NCBI GenBank assembly: GCA_021163155.1
Contig: JAGGXI010000061.1
Span: forward strand, 18,768-82,767
Reading direction: 5' to 3'
Length of the DNA stretch: 64,000 nucleotides
DNA from: Candidatus Aerophobota bacterium
GTDB lineage: Bacteria > Aerophobota > Aerophobia > Aerophobales > JAGGXI01
This document shows positions 22,506-32,000 of this stretch, one piece after another. The translations under genes and the position numbers were made by a program. The notes under the pieces were generated by a model. It was not told where the DNA came from. It ran no database searches and worked only from the letters and a program-made list of their open reading frames with translations. How positions within the stretch are numbered: the first letter of the stretch is position 1; the number at the start of each line of letters is the position of its first letter.

Positions 22506-23288
22506 ATGATGGAAATAGCTGTAAAAGCCGCTAAAGAGGCGGGGAATGTATTATTAGATAACTTTGGAAAAGTTAAAGAAATAAAGACGAAGAGACAAAA
22601 TAATATTTTATCTCTTGTAAGTAATGTAGATATAGAGGCAGAGGAGAAGATATGCCATGTAATTAGGGAAATTTATCCTGAGCATAATATTCTTTCTGAA
22701 GAGGGAATGAATGTGAGTAAAAACTCTGATTATAAATGGATAATAGACCCTTTAGATGGTACTCATAATTATATTAGGAATATACCATTTTTTGGAATTT
22801 GTATAGCTCTTGCTTATCGGGGAGAGGTATTATTGGGAGTTATCTATTTGCCCTATTTTAGTGAGATGTTCACAGCCGAGAAAGGGAAGGGAGCTTATCT
22901 AAATGAGGGGAAAATTGAAGTATCCAAAAAAGGTCTAAAAGAAAGTATGCTAATTTATGATAGCGATCTTCACCTCGATAAAGCTATTATGTTTGGCTCT
23001 CTTAATAGGCTCGTGGGTAAAGTTTTTAATGTGAGGATGTTTGGCTCTTCTGCACAAAATCTCTCCTTTCTTGCCAGAGGTTATGTAGATTTAGTTATAG
23101 AATATCATGATAATCCTTGGGATTTTTCTGCAGGAGCTTTGCTGGTTGAGGAAGCAGGAGGAAAAGTAACAAATTTTGAGGGAAATAAATGGAGTCCAGA
23201 TGTGGGAAGATATGTTGCCTCTAATGGCAATGTGCATAACGAAGTTTTAAAAATATTAAAACGTGAGAGGCAAAAAAAGCAGGATTAG
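22506..23288 (+). CDS. suhB: inositol monophosphatase family protein (SuhB/IMPase-like)
   Basis: 260 aa. Motifs EEG (LSEEGMN), DPLDGT and the WDFSAG metal-binding segment. The stop codon TAG lies inside the first GGATTAG unit of the downstream repeat. Confidence 0.8.
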   Translation: MMEIAVKAAKEAGNVLLDNFGKVKEIKTKRQNNILSLVSNVDIEAEEKICHVIREIYPEHNILSEEGMNVSKNSDYKWIIDPLDGTHNYIRNIPFFGICIALAYRGEVLLGVIYLPYFSEMFTAEKGKGAYLNEGKIEVSKKGLKESMLIYDSDLHLDKAIMFGSLNRLVGKVFNVRMFGSSAQNLSFLARGYVDLVIEYHDNPWDFSAGALLVEEAGGKVTNFEGNKWSPDVGRYVASNGNVHNEVLKILKRERQKKQD

Positions 23289-23490
23289 AGAATTAGAGGA
23301 AAATAGATATGGTAGCCGCAACTTTTAAGTTGCGATAAAGCGCAGGCTTTACCCCGCTAAATAGTAGTAACATCTAATGGGGTTTAGCCTGCGTAAAGGC
23401 AGGATTAGAGGGAAAAGAAGGATTAGAGGATTAAAGGGAAAGAGATACCGGTAGCCGCAGGCTTTAGCCTGCGTAAAGGCAGGATTAAAG
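23283..23490 (+). repeat. composite REP array: REP variant (GGTAGCCGCAACTTTTAAGTTGCG), a REP core carrying a nested 33-bp ACCCC...GGGGT hairpin in its loop, GGATTAGA arrays, and a second intact REP core
   Basis: At 23341-23398 the sequence reads CGCAGGCTTT-[ACCCCGCTAAATAGTAGTAACATCTAATGGGGT]-TTAGCCTGCG. An intact copy follows at 23444-23478. Confidence 0.85.
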
Positions 23491-23508
23491 AAGAGTATGC
23501 TCTTAAGG

Positions 23509-23570
23509 AATACCACCGAATTTATTCAGTGGTAGCTTATGTCTACAGCGAAGCGGTGGTTTCAACCACC
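23509..23570 (+). repeat. third-family repeat copy; its second hairpin (GGTGGTTTCAACCACC) is followed by TTATTTT, which is terminator-like
   Basis: About 90% identical to 11623-11690. Confidence 0.7.
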
Positions 23571-23599
23571 TTATTTTATCTAAGGAAAGGAGATGTCCC

Positions 23600-24523
23600 T
23601 TGAGAAATTTAGAAGAATTAAAAAGAGAAGCTTTTCTTGCTGAAGATGAAGAATTATATGAATTAATTAAAGCAGTTAATAAAACTCTCCATAGGCAAAG
23701 AATTATTCAAAGAATAAACAATTTAAAGATTGAAGGGGGGTTAATTCATCTCCCGCCTGAAGGTATAGCTATTATAGTAGGGGATTTACATGGAGATTTG
23801 GAAAGCCTTGTCTCTATTTTAAAAGAGAGTAGATTTATAAAAAGAGTTAATAAGGAGAAAATATTTATAGTTTTTCTTGGAGACTACGGAGATAGAGGAG
23901 AAAACTCTATTGAAGTTTATTATATAATTTTAACCCTTAAAAGTGTATACCGAGAAAATGTTATTCTTTTAAGGGGTAATCATGAGGGGCCTAAAGACCT
24001 TGGGGTTAGTCCTCATGATTTACCATATTTTCTTAGGAAAAGATATGGAGAAAAATGGGAGAGGATTTATGTTAATTTAAGGGAACTATTTGATTTTTTA
24101 CCTTACAGTATTATTGTTAAAGATAAGTATTTAATGCTTCATGGAGGATTACCAGAAGATATTTCCTCAATTCACGATCTATCTTATGCTTATCAAAATC
24201 ATCCCGTTAAAAAGGATTTGGAAGAGATTCTATGGAATGACCCTGCGGAAATAGAGGGAAGCTATCCCTCGCCAAGAGGAGCAGGTAAAATATTCGGTAA
24301 AGATATTACTATGAAGATATTAAATAAATTAAACGTTAAAACTCTTATAAGAAGTCATCAGCCCTGTGATGGTATCCTCATAAATCATGAAGGAAAAGTG
24401 CTTACTCTGTTTTCTCGAAAAGGTCCTCCTTATTATAACTCTTGTGCAGCTTACTTAGAAATAGATTTATCTGAAGAGGCAAAAAGTGCTTACCAATTGG
24501 CAAAGAAGGCTTGTAAGTTTTAA
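23600..24523 (+). CDS. PPP-family serine/threonine protein phosphatase (calcineurin-like metallophosphoesterase)
   Basis: 307 aa. Signature GDLHGD, GDYGDRG and GNHE motifs. TTG start with an upstream AGGAAAGGAG. Confidence 0.75.
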   Translation: MRNLEELKREAFLAEDEELYELIKAVNKTLHRQRIIQRINNLKIEGGLIHLPPEGIAIIVGDLHGDLESLVSILKESRFIKRVNKEKIFIVFLGDYGDRGENSIEVYYIILTLKSVYRENVILLRGNHEGPKDLGVSPHDLPYFLRKRYGEKWERIYVNLRELFDFLPYSIIVKDKYLMLHGGLPEDISSIHDLSYAYQNHPVKKDLEEILWNDPAEIEGSYPSPRGAGKIFGKDITMKILNKLNVKTLIRSHQPCDGILINHEGKVLTLFSRKGPPYYNSCAAYLEIDLSEEAKSAYQLAKKACKF

Positions 24524-24535
24524 TTGAGTAATGTA

Positions 24536-24615
24536 CCGATTTTCGGTAGCCGCAACCTTCAGGTTGCGTATGAGCGCAAGCTCTGGGCCTCGTCGCTGGC
24601 AGCCGCGAGATAAAA
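24536..24615. repeat. degenerate, GC-rich REP variant (GGTAGCCGCAACCTTCAGGTTGCG...GCAAGCTCTGGGCCTCG...GCAGCCGCGAG)
   Basis: GTAG head and palindromes related to the CGCAGGCTCTGAGCCTCGCG subtype. Confidence 0.6.
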
Positions 24616-24637
24616 ATTAAATGTGGTATAAACTAAA

Positions 24638-25906
24638 ATGAATAAAGATTTGTTCTATTTTGATCAAGGAAAAAACGTGAAGAGGCAGGTTCCTTTAGCG
24701 GACCGTATACGTCCAAAAACACTGGATGAGTTTGTAGGACAAGAGGATATTGTAGGAGAGGGGAAGATTTTGCGGAAAATGATGGAGGAGGATAAATTAG
24801 CCTCTCTTCTCTTTTGGGGTCCTCCCGGTTCGGGAAAAACAACTTTAGCCTGTATTATTGCTCATCTTACTAAATCGCACTTTATCCATTTTTCTGCAGT
24901 CACCTCAGGTGTAGCTGAAGTTAGAAAAGTAGTGAAAGAAGCTCGGGCAAGATGGAAAATATATGGTCAAAGAACAATTCTTTTTGTTGATGAGATTCAT
25001 CGGCTTAATAAAGCCCAGCAAGATGCTTTTCTTCCTCATATTGAAGATGGAACCATTACTTTAATTGGTGCTACTACAGAGAATCCATCATTTGAGATTA
25101 TCGGACCACTTCTTTCCAGAACTAAAATTTTTACTTTAAAGAGATTAAGCTCGGAAGAAATTAAGAAGATATTAACTCGAGCTATGAAGAATAAGAAAAG
25201 AGGTTTGGGTGAATATAAGATAGAGATTAAACCTAAAATTTTAAACTTAATTGTTAATAACTCAAATGGGGATGCTCGTACAGCTTTAAATATATTAGAG
25301 ATAGCTGCTGATGTTACCAAACCAAATAGAGAGGGTATGCGTTTAATTAACTTAAAAACAGTGGAGGAAATTTTTCAGAATAAGACTCTATTATACGATA
25401 AAAAAGGTGAGGAGCATTATAATGTTATTTCTGCTTTCATTAAATCTATGCGAGGGTCAAATCCTGATGCTGCTCTTTACTGGCTGGCTCGGATGATTGA
25501 AACCGGGGAAGCTCCTCATTTTATTGCTCGCCGAATGGTTATTTTTGCTTCAGAGGATATAGGCAATGCTGACTCTCATGCTCTCTTAGTGGCTGTTGCA
25601 GCAGCTCAGGCAGTAGATTTTGTGGGTATGCCCGAAGCTCAAATCAATTTAGCCCAAGCGGCTACCTATTTAGCTTCCGCTCCTAAATCGAATGCTTCCT
25701 ATAAAGGTCTTTTAGCAGCAAAGGAAGATGTGAAGAAAAATCTAAATTTACCTGTGCCTTTACATCTACGTAATGCTCCTACTCCTTTAATGAAAAAGTT
25801 GGGTTATGGTAAAGATTATAAATACCCCCCTAATTTTCCCCAGGGCAAAGTAAAACAAGAATATCTACCAAAAGAACTTGAAAAGAAAAGATACTATAAA
25901 ATATAA
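24638..25906 (+). CDS. rarA: replication-associated recombination protein A (AAA+ ATPase RarA/MgsA)
   Basis: 422 aa. Walker A GPPGSGKTTLA, Walker B LFVDEIHRLNK, MgsA C-terminal helical domain. Confidence 0.9.
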   Translation: MNKDLFYFDQGKNVKRQVPLADRIRPKTLDEFVGQEDIVGEGKILRKMMEEDKLASLLFWGPPGSGKTTLACIIAHLTKSHFIHFSAVTSGVAEVRKVVKEARARWKIYGQRTILFVDEIHRLNKAQQDAFLPHIEDGTITLIGATTENPSFEIIGPLLSRTKIFTLKRLSSEEIKKILTRAMKNKKRGLGEYKIEIKPKILNLIVNNSNGDARTALNILEIAADVTKPNREGMRLINLKTVEEIFQNKTLLYDKKGEEHYNVISAFIKSMRGSNPDAALYWLARMIETGEAPHFIARRMVIFASEDIGNADSHALLVAVAAAQAVDFVGMPEAQINLAQAATYLASAPKSNASYKGLLAAKEDVKKNLNLPVPLHLRNAPTPLMKKLGYGKDYKYPPNFPQGKVKQEYLPKELEKKRYYKI

Positions 25907-25913
25907 GAAGAGT

Positions 25914-27812
25914 TTAGAAGGGTTCTTTCTCTAACCTTTCAAGAGTGTTTTGAAAATCTTTACTTAGTTGTCTGCTTGCCTTTTTAAATCCATCATAAAA
26001 TATTTCTGCCTTTTTTATTTGATTTAAAAATATTTTTTTAGTCTTATCTGATTTTAAATTCTCTTTTCTTTTTATTAAATAAAGATAAGGATACATATTT
26101 TCTTCGAGAAGTTTACGCAGGTAAGAGTCGCTGCCCATAATTTTATCTTTCAAATGGTTAGATTCTCTCATTAATCTATCTCTTTCTTGAAGATGTGGTT
26201 GCTTTTTTTTAATCTCTCTGAGAAGTTTTGCAATCACCTCTTTTCCTTGCTTTGCCCAAAAATTTATTTCATTTAACTTTATAATATTTTCTTTAAAAGA
26301 TTTTTTTAATTCCTTCAATTTTATTTCTTCTCGTTCGTTTGCTGCTTCATTCATAATTTTTCTTATTTCAATATCCTTACGGCAATACTTATCCATCGCC
26401 TCCTGAAGCTTCATTATTTTAGTTCCCCTTATTTTTGCTCCTCCTTCAGTAGCATCAATGCATTCAATATTAGCTTTTTCAATCATTCCTTCAAGAAATC
26501 TCAAATAGGAGTACATAGCCTCGTCTGTAGGAACCTTATTCCCGTAAACATCTTCAACCATTATTAAATTTTTAGCTATCCATTTTTTTTTACCTTTTAT
26601 AAGCAGATACTCTTTACCTGTTTTTTTATCTTTGCCAATTACCATTTTTTTGCGATAAGTAGCTCCTTTTCCATGGCTGAATCCTCCTGGATAGGAAAGG
26701 TCCTGTCCTATTAATATAATGGGGTTTCCTCCCACTGCTTTGGCTAAAGAAAAAGCTGTATGGGCTACAGAGGCTCCCTTTTGCAAGAAGCCTTTATCTT
26801 CTATAAATGAGTTTAACCAGAGAGTAAGAGGTTTATTTATATTGATAGCAAATTTTTTTCCTTTAAAATCGGATATTATTTCTGGATACACTTCGGGGTC
26901 AGTTGCAAGAAAAAGGTCTTCTGTCTTTTCCATTATTCCATTGAAGAGATTGCGTGTCCCTCCTCCAAAATCAATACTTATTACTATATCTGGTCTTATC
27001 TTATGTTGAAGCATAATTCTTAAGGCGGCATCTACGCAGATAATAAAAGCTTTATTTTTAGCCTGTTTTAAAAGATGGACATTTTTATCCAGGGAAGGAC
27101 CCGCAGCTACACAGATAACAGGTTTATTCTTAAACTTTCCAAAGATATTTTTTATCCCCGGGTTTTTAATCATTTGAGGAAGATTAGTTAAGATATTTTT
27201 TTGAAAGGTTACCCCTTTAGCTACATTAGTAGTTAAATTTGCTTTAGACCAGAGAATACTATCTTTAACAGCTTTTTTAATCTCTTTAAATTTATCTGGT
27301 AAAAGATGAAAAGAGGAAGGATGAGAGATAAGAGAACTTTTTCCAATTAAAAAAGTGGTTCCTGAGTCGCGTATCCTTCTTTCTATTTCTAAAGAGTTAT
27401 CTTCTGCAATCAATTTTATTTTTGGAGAAAGAAAAATATCGGATAAATCTATTAAAGATAAAATTTTTTTAAAAAGAGCGATATTTGGTTCTATTATTAG
27501 TATTAATTTAATTTTAGAATAGCTCTTTAATACTTCTCTTATATGGTAACCCATACCAAATCCAAGCACTATTAAAAAACGTGTCTTTTTTAGATTGTAG
27601 GCAGAGAGAAGATTGCGTGCTTCCTTAAAAGGGTCATAGGCGCTATGAAGAAGAATTCCTTCATTACCATTTCTTCTTACTTTAAGGGTAGGTAAGCCAA
27701 TTTTTGTCTGGATTATCTCTACAGAAGAGAGAGGTTTTATCTCCTTTATTTTCTCGGCTAAGTAAGGGTCTTTTTGTTTTAGTATAGCTATATTTTTAGT
27801 GTAGAAGTTCAT
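25914..27812 (-). CDS. maf: motility accessory factor (Maf; flagellin-glycosylation-associated, DUF115/MptE-like)
   Basis: About 630 aa, terminal in the flagellar late operon. The central region has the Maf/DUF115 glycosyltransferase-like pattern. The track start (27848) lies inside a REP element without an RBS. The M at 27812 is preceded by AAGGATAAGGA. An A10 tract lies at 26582-26591. Confidence 0.65.
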   Translation of the reverse strand: MNFYTKNIAILKQKDPYLAEKIKEIKPLSSVEIIQTKIGLPTLKVRRNGNEGILLHSAYDPFKEARNLLSAYNLKKTRFLIVLGFGMGYHIREVLKSYSKIKLILIIEPNIALFKKILSLIDLSDIFLSPKIKLIAEDNSLEIERRIRDSGTTFLIGKSSLISHPSSFHLLPDKFKEIKKAVKDSILWSKANLTTNVAKGVTFQKNILTNLPQMIKNPGIKNIFGKFKNKPVICVAAGPSLDKNVHLLKQAKNKAFIICVDAALRIMLQHKIRPDIVISIDFGGGTRNLFNGIMEKTEDLFLATDPEVYPEIISDFKGKKFAININKPLTLWLNSFIEDKGFLQKGASVAHTAFSLAKAVGGNPIILIGQDLSYPGGFSHGKGATYRKKMVIGKDKKTGKEYLLIKGKKKWIAKNLIMVEDVYGNKVPTDEAMYSYLRFLEGMIEKANIECIDATEGGAKIRGTKIMKLQEAMDKYCRKDIEIRKIMNEAANEREEIKLKELKKSFKENIIKLNEINFWAKQGKEVIAKLLREIKKKQPHLQERDRLMRESNHLKDKIMGSDSYLRKLLEENMYPYLYLIKRKENLKSDKTKKIFLNQIKKAEIFYDGFKKASRQLSKDFQNTLERLEKEPF

Positions 27813-27840
27813 TTCCTTATCCTTATCCTTATAAATATTG

Positions 27841-27897
27841 GCAGCCACAACTTTTAAGTTGCGTATATATTCGCAGGCTCTGAGCCTTGCGGCTACC
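27841..27897. repeat. REPIN-like doublet (GCAGCCACAACTTTTAAGTTGCG...CGCAGGCTCTGAGCCTTGCGGCTACC)
   Basis: Two REP subtypes in inverted orientation between the hypothetical gene and maf. Confidence 0.75.
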
Positions 27898-27952
27898 AGC
27901 TCAGGCTATGAGCTATTTTGAATTTTGTTTTGAATTTGCTATGAGCCATCAG

Positions 27953-28576
27953 CTAATTTAGGTGTTGATAAGCTGCAGCAGCTATCTTTTTTACTATTTC
28001 TGTCTCTTCTTTTATTTGGGGAACAAATTCGTATTCTAATATGTCAGCTAAAGTTAATAAATCATTATTTTTAATGGCTTTATTTGCTTCTTCAAGAAGG
28101 CGAATAAATTTTTCTATCTTTTCTTTCAATCTTTCTCCTTTGATAAAAATCTGATTATAATCCAGAGCAAGTATCTTTTCTATTTTCTTAAAAGCATTAT
28201 TAATTCCATCCCAGACATCTATGCAGTTGGTTAATAAGGAGAACGCTCTTCCGTATTCTGCTTCCTGGATAAGAGAAGACACTCTTTCCAGGCTTTCTGC
28301 CAATCGGGGCAGATGATACTCTATCTCTTCTAAGGCATTAATAGCCAACTGCCAGGGAGAAGAAGTAAATAACTCCAAAGTTTTAAATTCTTTAACTTTT
28401 CTTTCTCTTATCGCTTCCCTTTTCTCTTCTTGCAGGGGCTTGCCTTCTAATAAAATCTTAGTAATCACCCTTTTGTTTTCTGTCACCCATTTTTTAATTC
28501 CTTCAAGCACATTTTCTAAAGTCTCATTACCTTCAACAATAACGAGTTCTCTGTATCCGTCAATAATTATCTCCAA
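27953..28576 (-). CDS. hypothetical alpha-helical protein in the fliD-fliS operon (positionally equivalent to FliT)
   Basis: 207 aa. No motif recognised. It sits 11 nt downstream of fliS, where fliT lies in other flagellar loci. Confidence 0.4.
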   Translation of the reverse strand: MEIIIDGYRELVIVEGNETLENVLEGIKKWVTENKRVITKILLEGKPLQEEKREAIRERKVKEFKTLELFTSSPWQLAINALEEIEYHLPRLAESLERVSSLIQEAEYGRAFSLLTNCIDVWDGINNAFKKIEKILALDYNQIFIKGERLKEKIEKFIRLLEEANKAIKNNDLLTLADILEYEFVPQIKEETEIVKKIAAAAYQHLN

Positions 28577-28587
28577 TTTTAACCTCC

Positions 28588-28980
28588 TTAATTTTTTTCT
28601 TTGTGGGTTGGGTTTAGTCCAATAATTTGTGCCCAGCTATCTCTCAAGGGGGTAAGTAAACTTATCGCCTCATCAACTGCTTCTACATTTTTTTCCAGAT
28701 TAGCCTCTATCAATTTTCCATAAATGTAACCGTAAAGATTATACCAATGGGCAACAAATTTCCCTCTTTTTAAATCTAAAGAAAACATTAGTTCCCTTAC
28801 TATTTTTTCTGCTTTTAAAAGCAGACGGGAACTCTCTTCAATATTTTCTTCCCTCATCTTTGTTTTAGCCTGATTTAGGAATTTAATTGCTCCATTATAA
28901 AGAATAAGAATTAATTTTTCTGGAGAGCTGGTTTGAATCTCCATCTCCTTGTATTTTTTCAGTAAGCTCGTAGGATTCAT
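28588..28980 (-). CDS. fliS: flagellar export chaperone FliS
   Basis: 130 aa. FliS-like pattern (NPTSLLKKYKEMEIQTSSPEKLILILYNGAIKFL...) immediately downstream of fliD. Confidence 0.8.
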   Translation of the reverse strand: MNPTSLLKKYKEMEIQTSSPEKLILILYNGAIKFLNQAKTKMREENIEESSRLLLKAEKIVRELMFSLDLKRGKFVAHWYNLYGYIYGKLIEANLEKNVEAVDEAISLLTPLRDSWAQIIGLNPTHKEKN

Positions 28981-29004
28981 TTTTTATTTACCTTTCCTTT
29001 GTTT

Positions 29005-32000
29005 TTATTCACCCCATGTCCAGTTAGCATTTAATTGAGCTATCTGTTGGGTTAACCATTGACTTTGAGTTGCTATTTGAGATAAATATATTTCCATCCG
29101 GATAAATTCTCTTCTTAAACTTTCCTCCTTTATTTCCAGAAGTTTTTCCTGAGAATCAATCCGGTCCTGATAATCTTCAATCTGGGAGTTAAGGCTATCT
29201 TCTATATAGGCAATCATCCCTTCATCAGCGTCAGTGAGAGAAGTTAAGTATGTATTTACTTTCCCGGCTATTCCTGTATCCTCATAAGCTTCAAATTCAA
29301 TCACACGAGAATAATCATTGCTTCCATTGCTCCCATTAATCTTAAGGCGAATACCTTCGGTAGGAATATGACCAAGGTAGTGACTCCTCATTCCTTCACT
29401 ATTATCAGTAATAGTAGTATAAGTTTTCCAGTCACTGTCAGTCCCAGGGTTTCCTCCCAATTTTAAATATTGAAGTTCATAATTTTTAATTCCATAAGTG
29501 GAAGCGGGATAAGTAGCCGAATCTAAAGTATAGATTTTTGCCCGCGTCAAAGTCCTTACCTTATTAAAGGTTACCCAGAGATAATCGGGAAAATCATCTA
29601 CGGTCCCATCTTCCCATCCTCCTCCCGGGCTTCCCCAACTATCCGATGAAGTATCCCCATTATTTACACTTCCCACATTATAATTACTGCTGTATTCTGA
29701 AGAGGCATAAGCTGTTCCTCCAAGAGATGTCAAAGCTATGTTGGTTGAAGCACAAAATAATTCTTTTACCCCTTCCAGATCGTTATTTAAAACATTGGTT
29801 AATTTTGATTCATCAACAGTTAATTTACCGGTAAGGCCGTCAGAGTTAATTCCTAAATCAAAAATAGATGTGAGTGAGCCTGATGTCTCTACAGAGTCGG
29901 TGATGATATTCCTCAGGTCATTTCGAATACTCATCAGGCTCATATTGCCAAATAAAACTCCTCCTTTTTCTTGTGTATCTGCATCATAACTTTGCTGAGT
30001 ATTAATGTAATCTATTATCTCATTATAAGCATCAATAAAACTAATAATATCCTGTTTTATTCCTTCTATATCCTCTTCCACTTTTACCTGGACAGTCTTT
30101 GAAGGGTCAGCCTCTAATAAGTTTAAGGTAAGACCAGGGATAACCTTATCCATACTGTTTGAATTATCGGTAGTTAGAATAGAATTTTCTTCTCCTAAGG
30201 ATACTGCAGCATCTTTTGGCTGAGTAGTAGTGGTAAAGGTTGCTGTTTCTCCTCCAGAGAGATTAGAATCAATAATCATTCTCCCTACAAGGCCGCTGCG
30301 GTTGCTGGTAATAAGCAAGTGGTAAGGATTAATCTCAGAGCCATCATTGATGATGACCGCCTGAACTCCTGCTTCTGCATTATTTATAGCATTTCTTAAG
30401 CCTTCAAGGGTATTATTTTCCGTGGTAATATCTACAGTGGTCTCAAAACTTCCGTCAATAGTATTGGCGGCAACATTATCCTTAATGTTAAGGTCCTGGG
30501 CAGTTGTTCCTCCACTTACTTCCTCTATCTTTAAGTTATTTACCGTCTCTCCTGTGTTATCAGTAATAAGGATACCATTTCCTTTAGAATTAATAGCAGC
30601 GGTAACATCAATTCCTGAGGCAGAGTTTATGGCATCCAGAACATCTCCTACGGTTTCTGTACCTGATAAATCTACCTCTTCGTAACTTCCAGAGCGGTCG
30701 GTTATCTTGATTTTCCCTGCATCTACTCCCTCTTTTCCATTAAGAGCCTCTAATTTTGTGCAGCGGGCAATATACTGGGGATTTAAATCTCCTCCCTCAA
30801 GAGTATCTTCAGAGACAGTCTGCTCAATTCCTAAATCAGAGGCAGCAGTGCTTGAGTTTAAGGAAGTTACCTTTAAATCACCTGTTCCGCCTGAAGAATC
30901 GGTTAAAAGTATGCCGTTACCTTTCTCATTATAAGAAGCTGTTATATTAGTATTTCCTGCAGCATTATTTATAAAGTTAATTACATCTTGAAGAGTCTCT
31001 GCTCCACTTATATCCACATTAAAAGTAGTGCTGTCTCTTTGCTGTATCTGAAAATCGTCTCCGGAGACAGAACCTATACCACTTCCACCATTGAGAGTTT
31101 TAAGAAGAACTGTATTAAAACCGGGAATAATTCTATCTCCCACTCTATCTCCAGCTATTCCTGTAGTATAGATTCCTAAATCATAAGCAGTTGTTCCTCC
31201 GCTGACTTCCTCAATAATTAAGTCTTGAGTAGGGGAACCATTTTCGTCATGGATAGTAATCCCATTGGTATCAGAATTAATCTCTACGGTTACATTGGTA
31301 TTTGCTCCTGCTTCAATTAAATCCTTTACATCCTGTAAGGTGGTAGCAGTAGATAAATCAATTGTATCTACATTCCCCACTCTATCAGTAATTTTAATGG
31401 AGCCTTTGTCCACTCCCGTTTTATCATTAAGTAAATCGAGAGATGTTGTCCAACCGATATCATTTATATCCTCTCCATCAATTACATTAGCAGCTACATC
31501 AGCTAATATTCCCAAATCAGTGGCAGTGGTTCCATTATCTACTTCTTCTACAATAAAATTACTTGCTCCTCCTGATGTATCAGTGAGTTTTATAGCATCG
31601 CCAGCATTATTATCATAGTCAATGCTGGCAGTAACAGAAATGCTTGTATTCTCGTTTATGGCATCTATCACATCTTGAATGGTAAGAGCTCCTGTTAAAT
31701 CAATTGTGGCTGAGACCCCACTTCTATCGGTTATCTTTATAGATCCCCTTGAAATGCCAGTTTGTCCATTTAACCATTCTAAGGGTGTCTTTTTATCTAC
31801 AAAGCCATCTCCTGTCTCAATACTAAAGGTTCCTGTTCCTACCCTGATAGTGTCTGTATCGTTATATCCTCCGGAGATGATTTGATGAGTTTGAGCGAGC
31901 TGATGAATTTTAAGGAAGTAGGTTCCTGCTTGAGGACTTCCCGTAGGAGTAACTGTAAGTATATTCTCATTGTTTGAAGTAGCAGTGGTATCTTGAAAAG

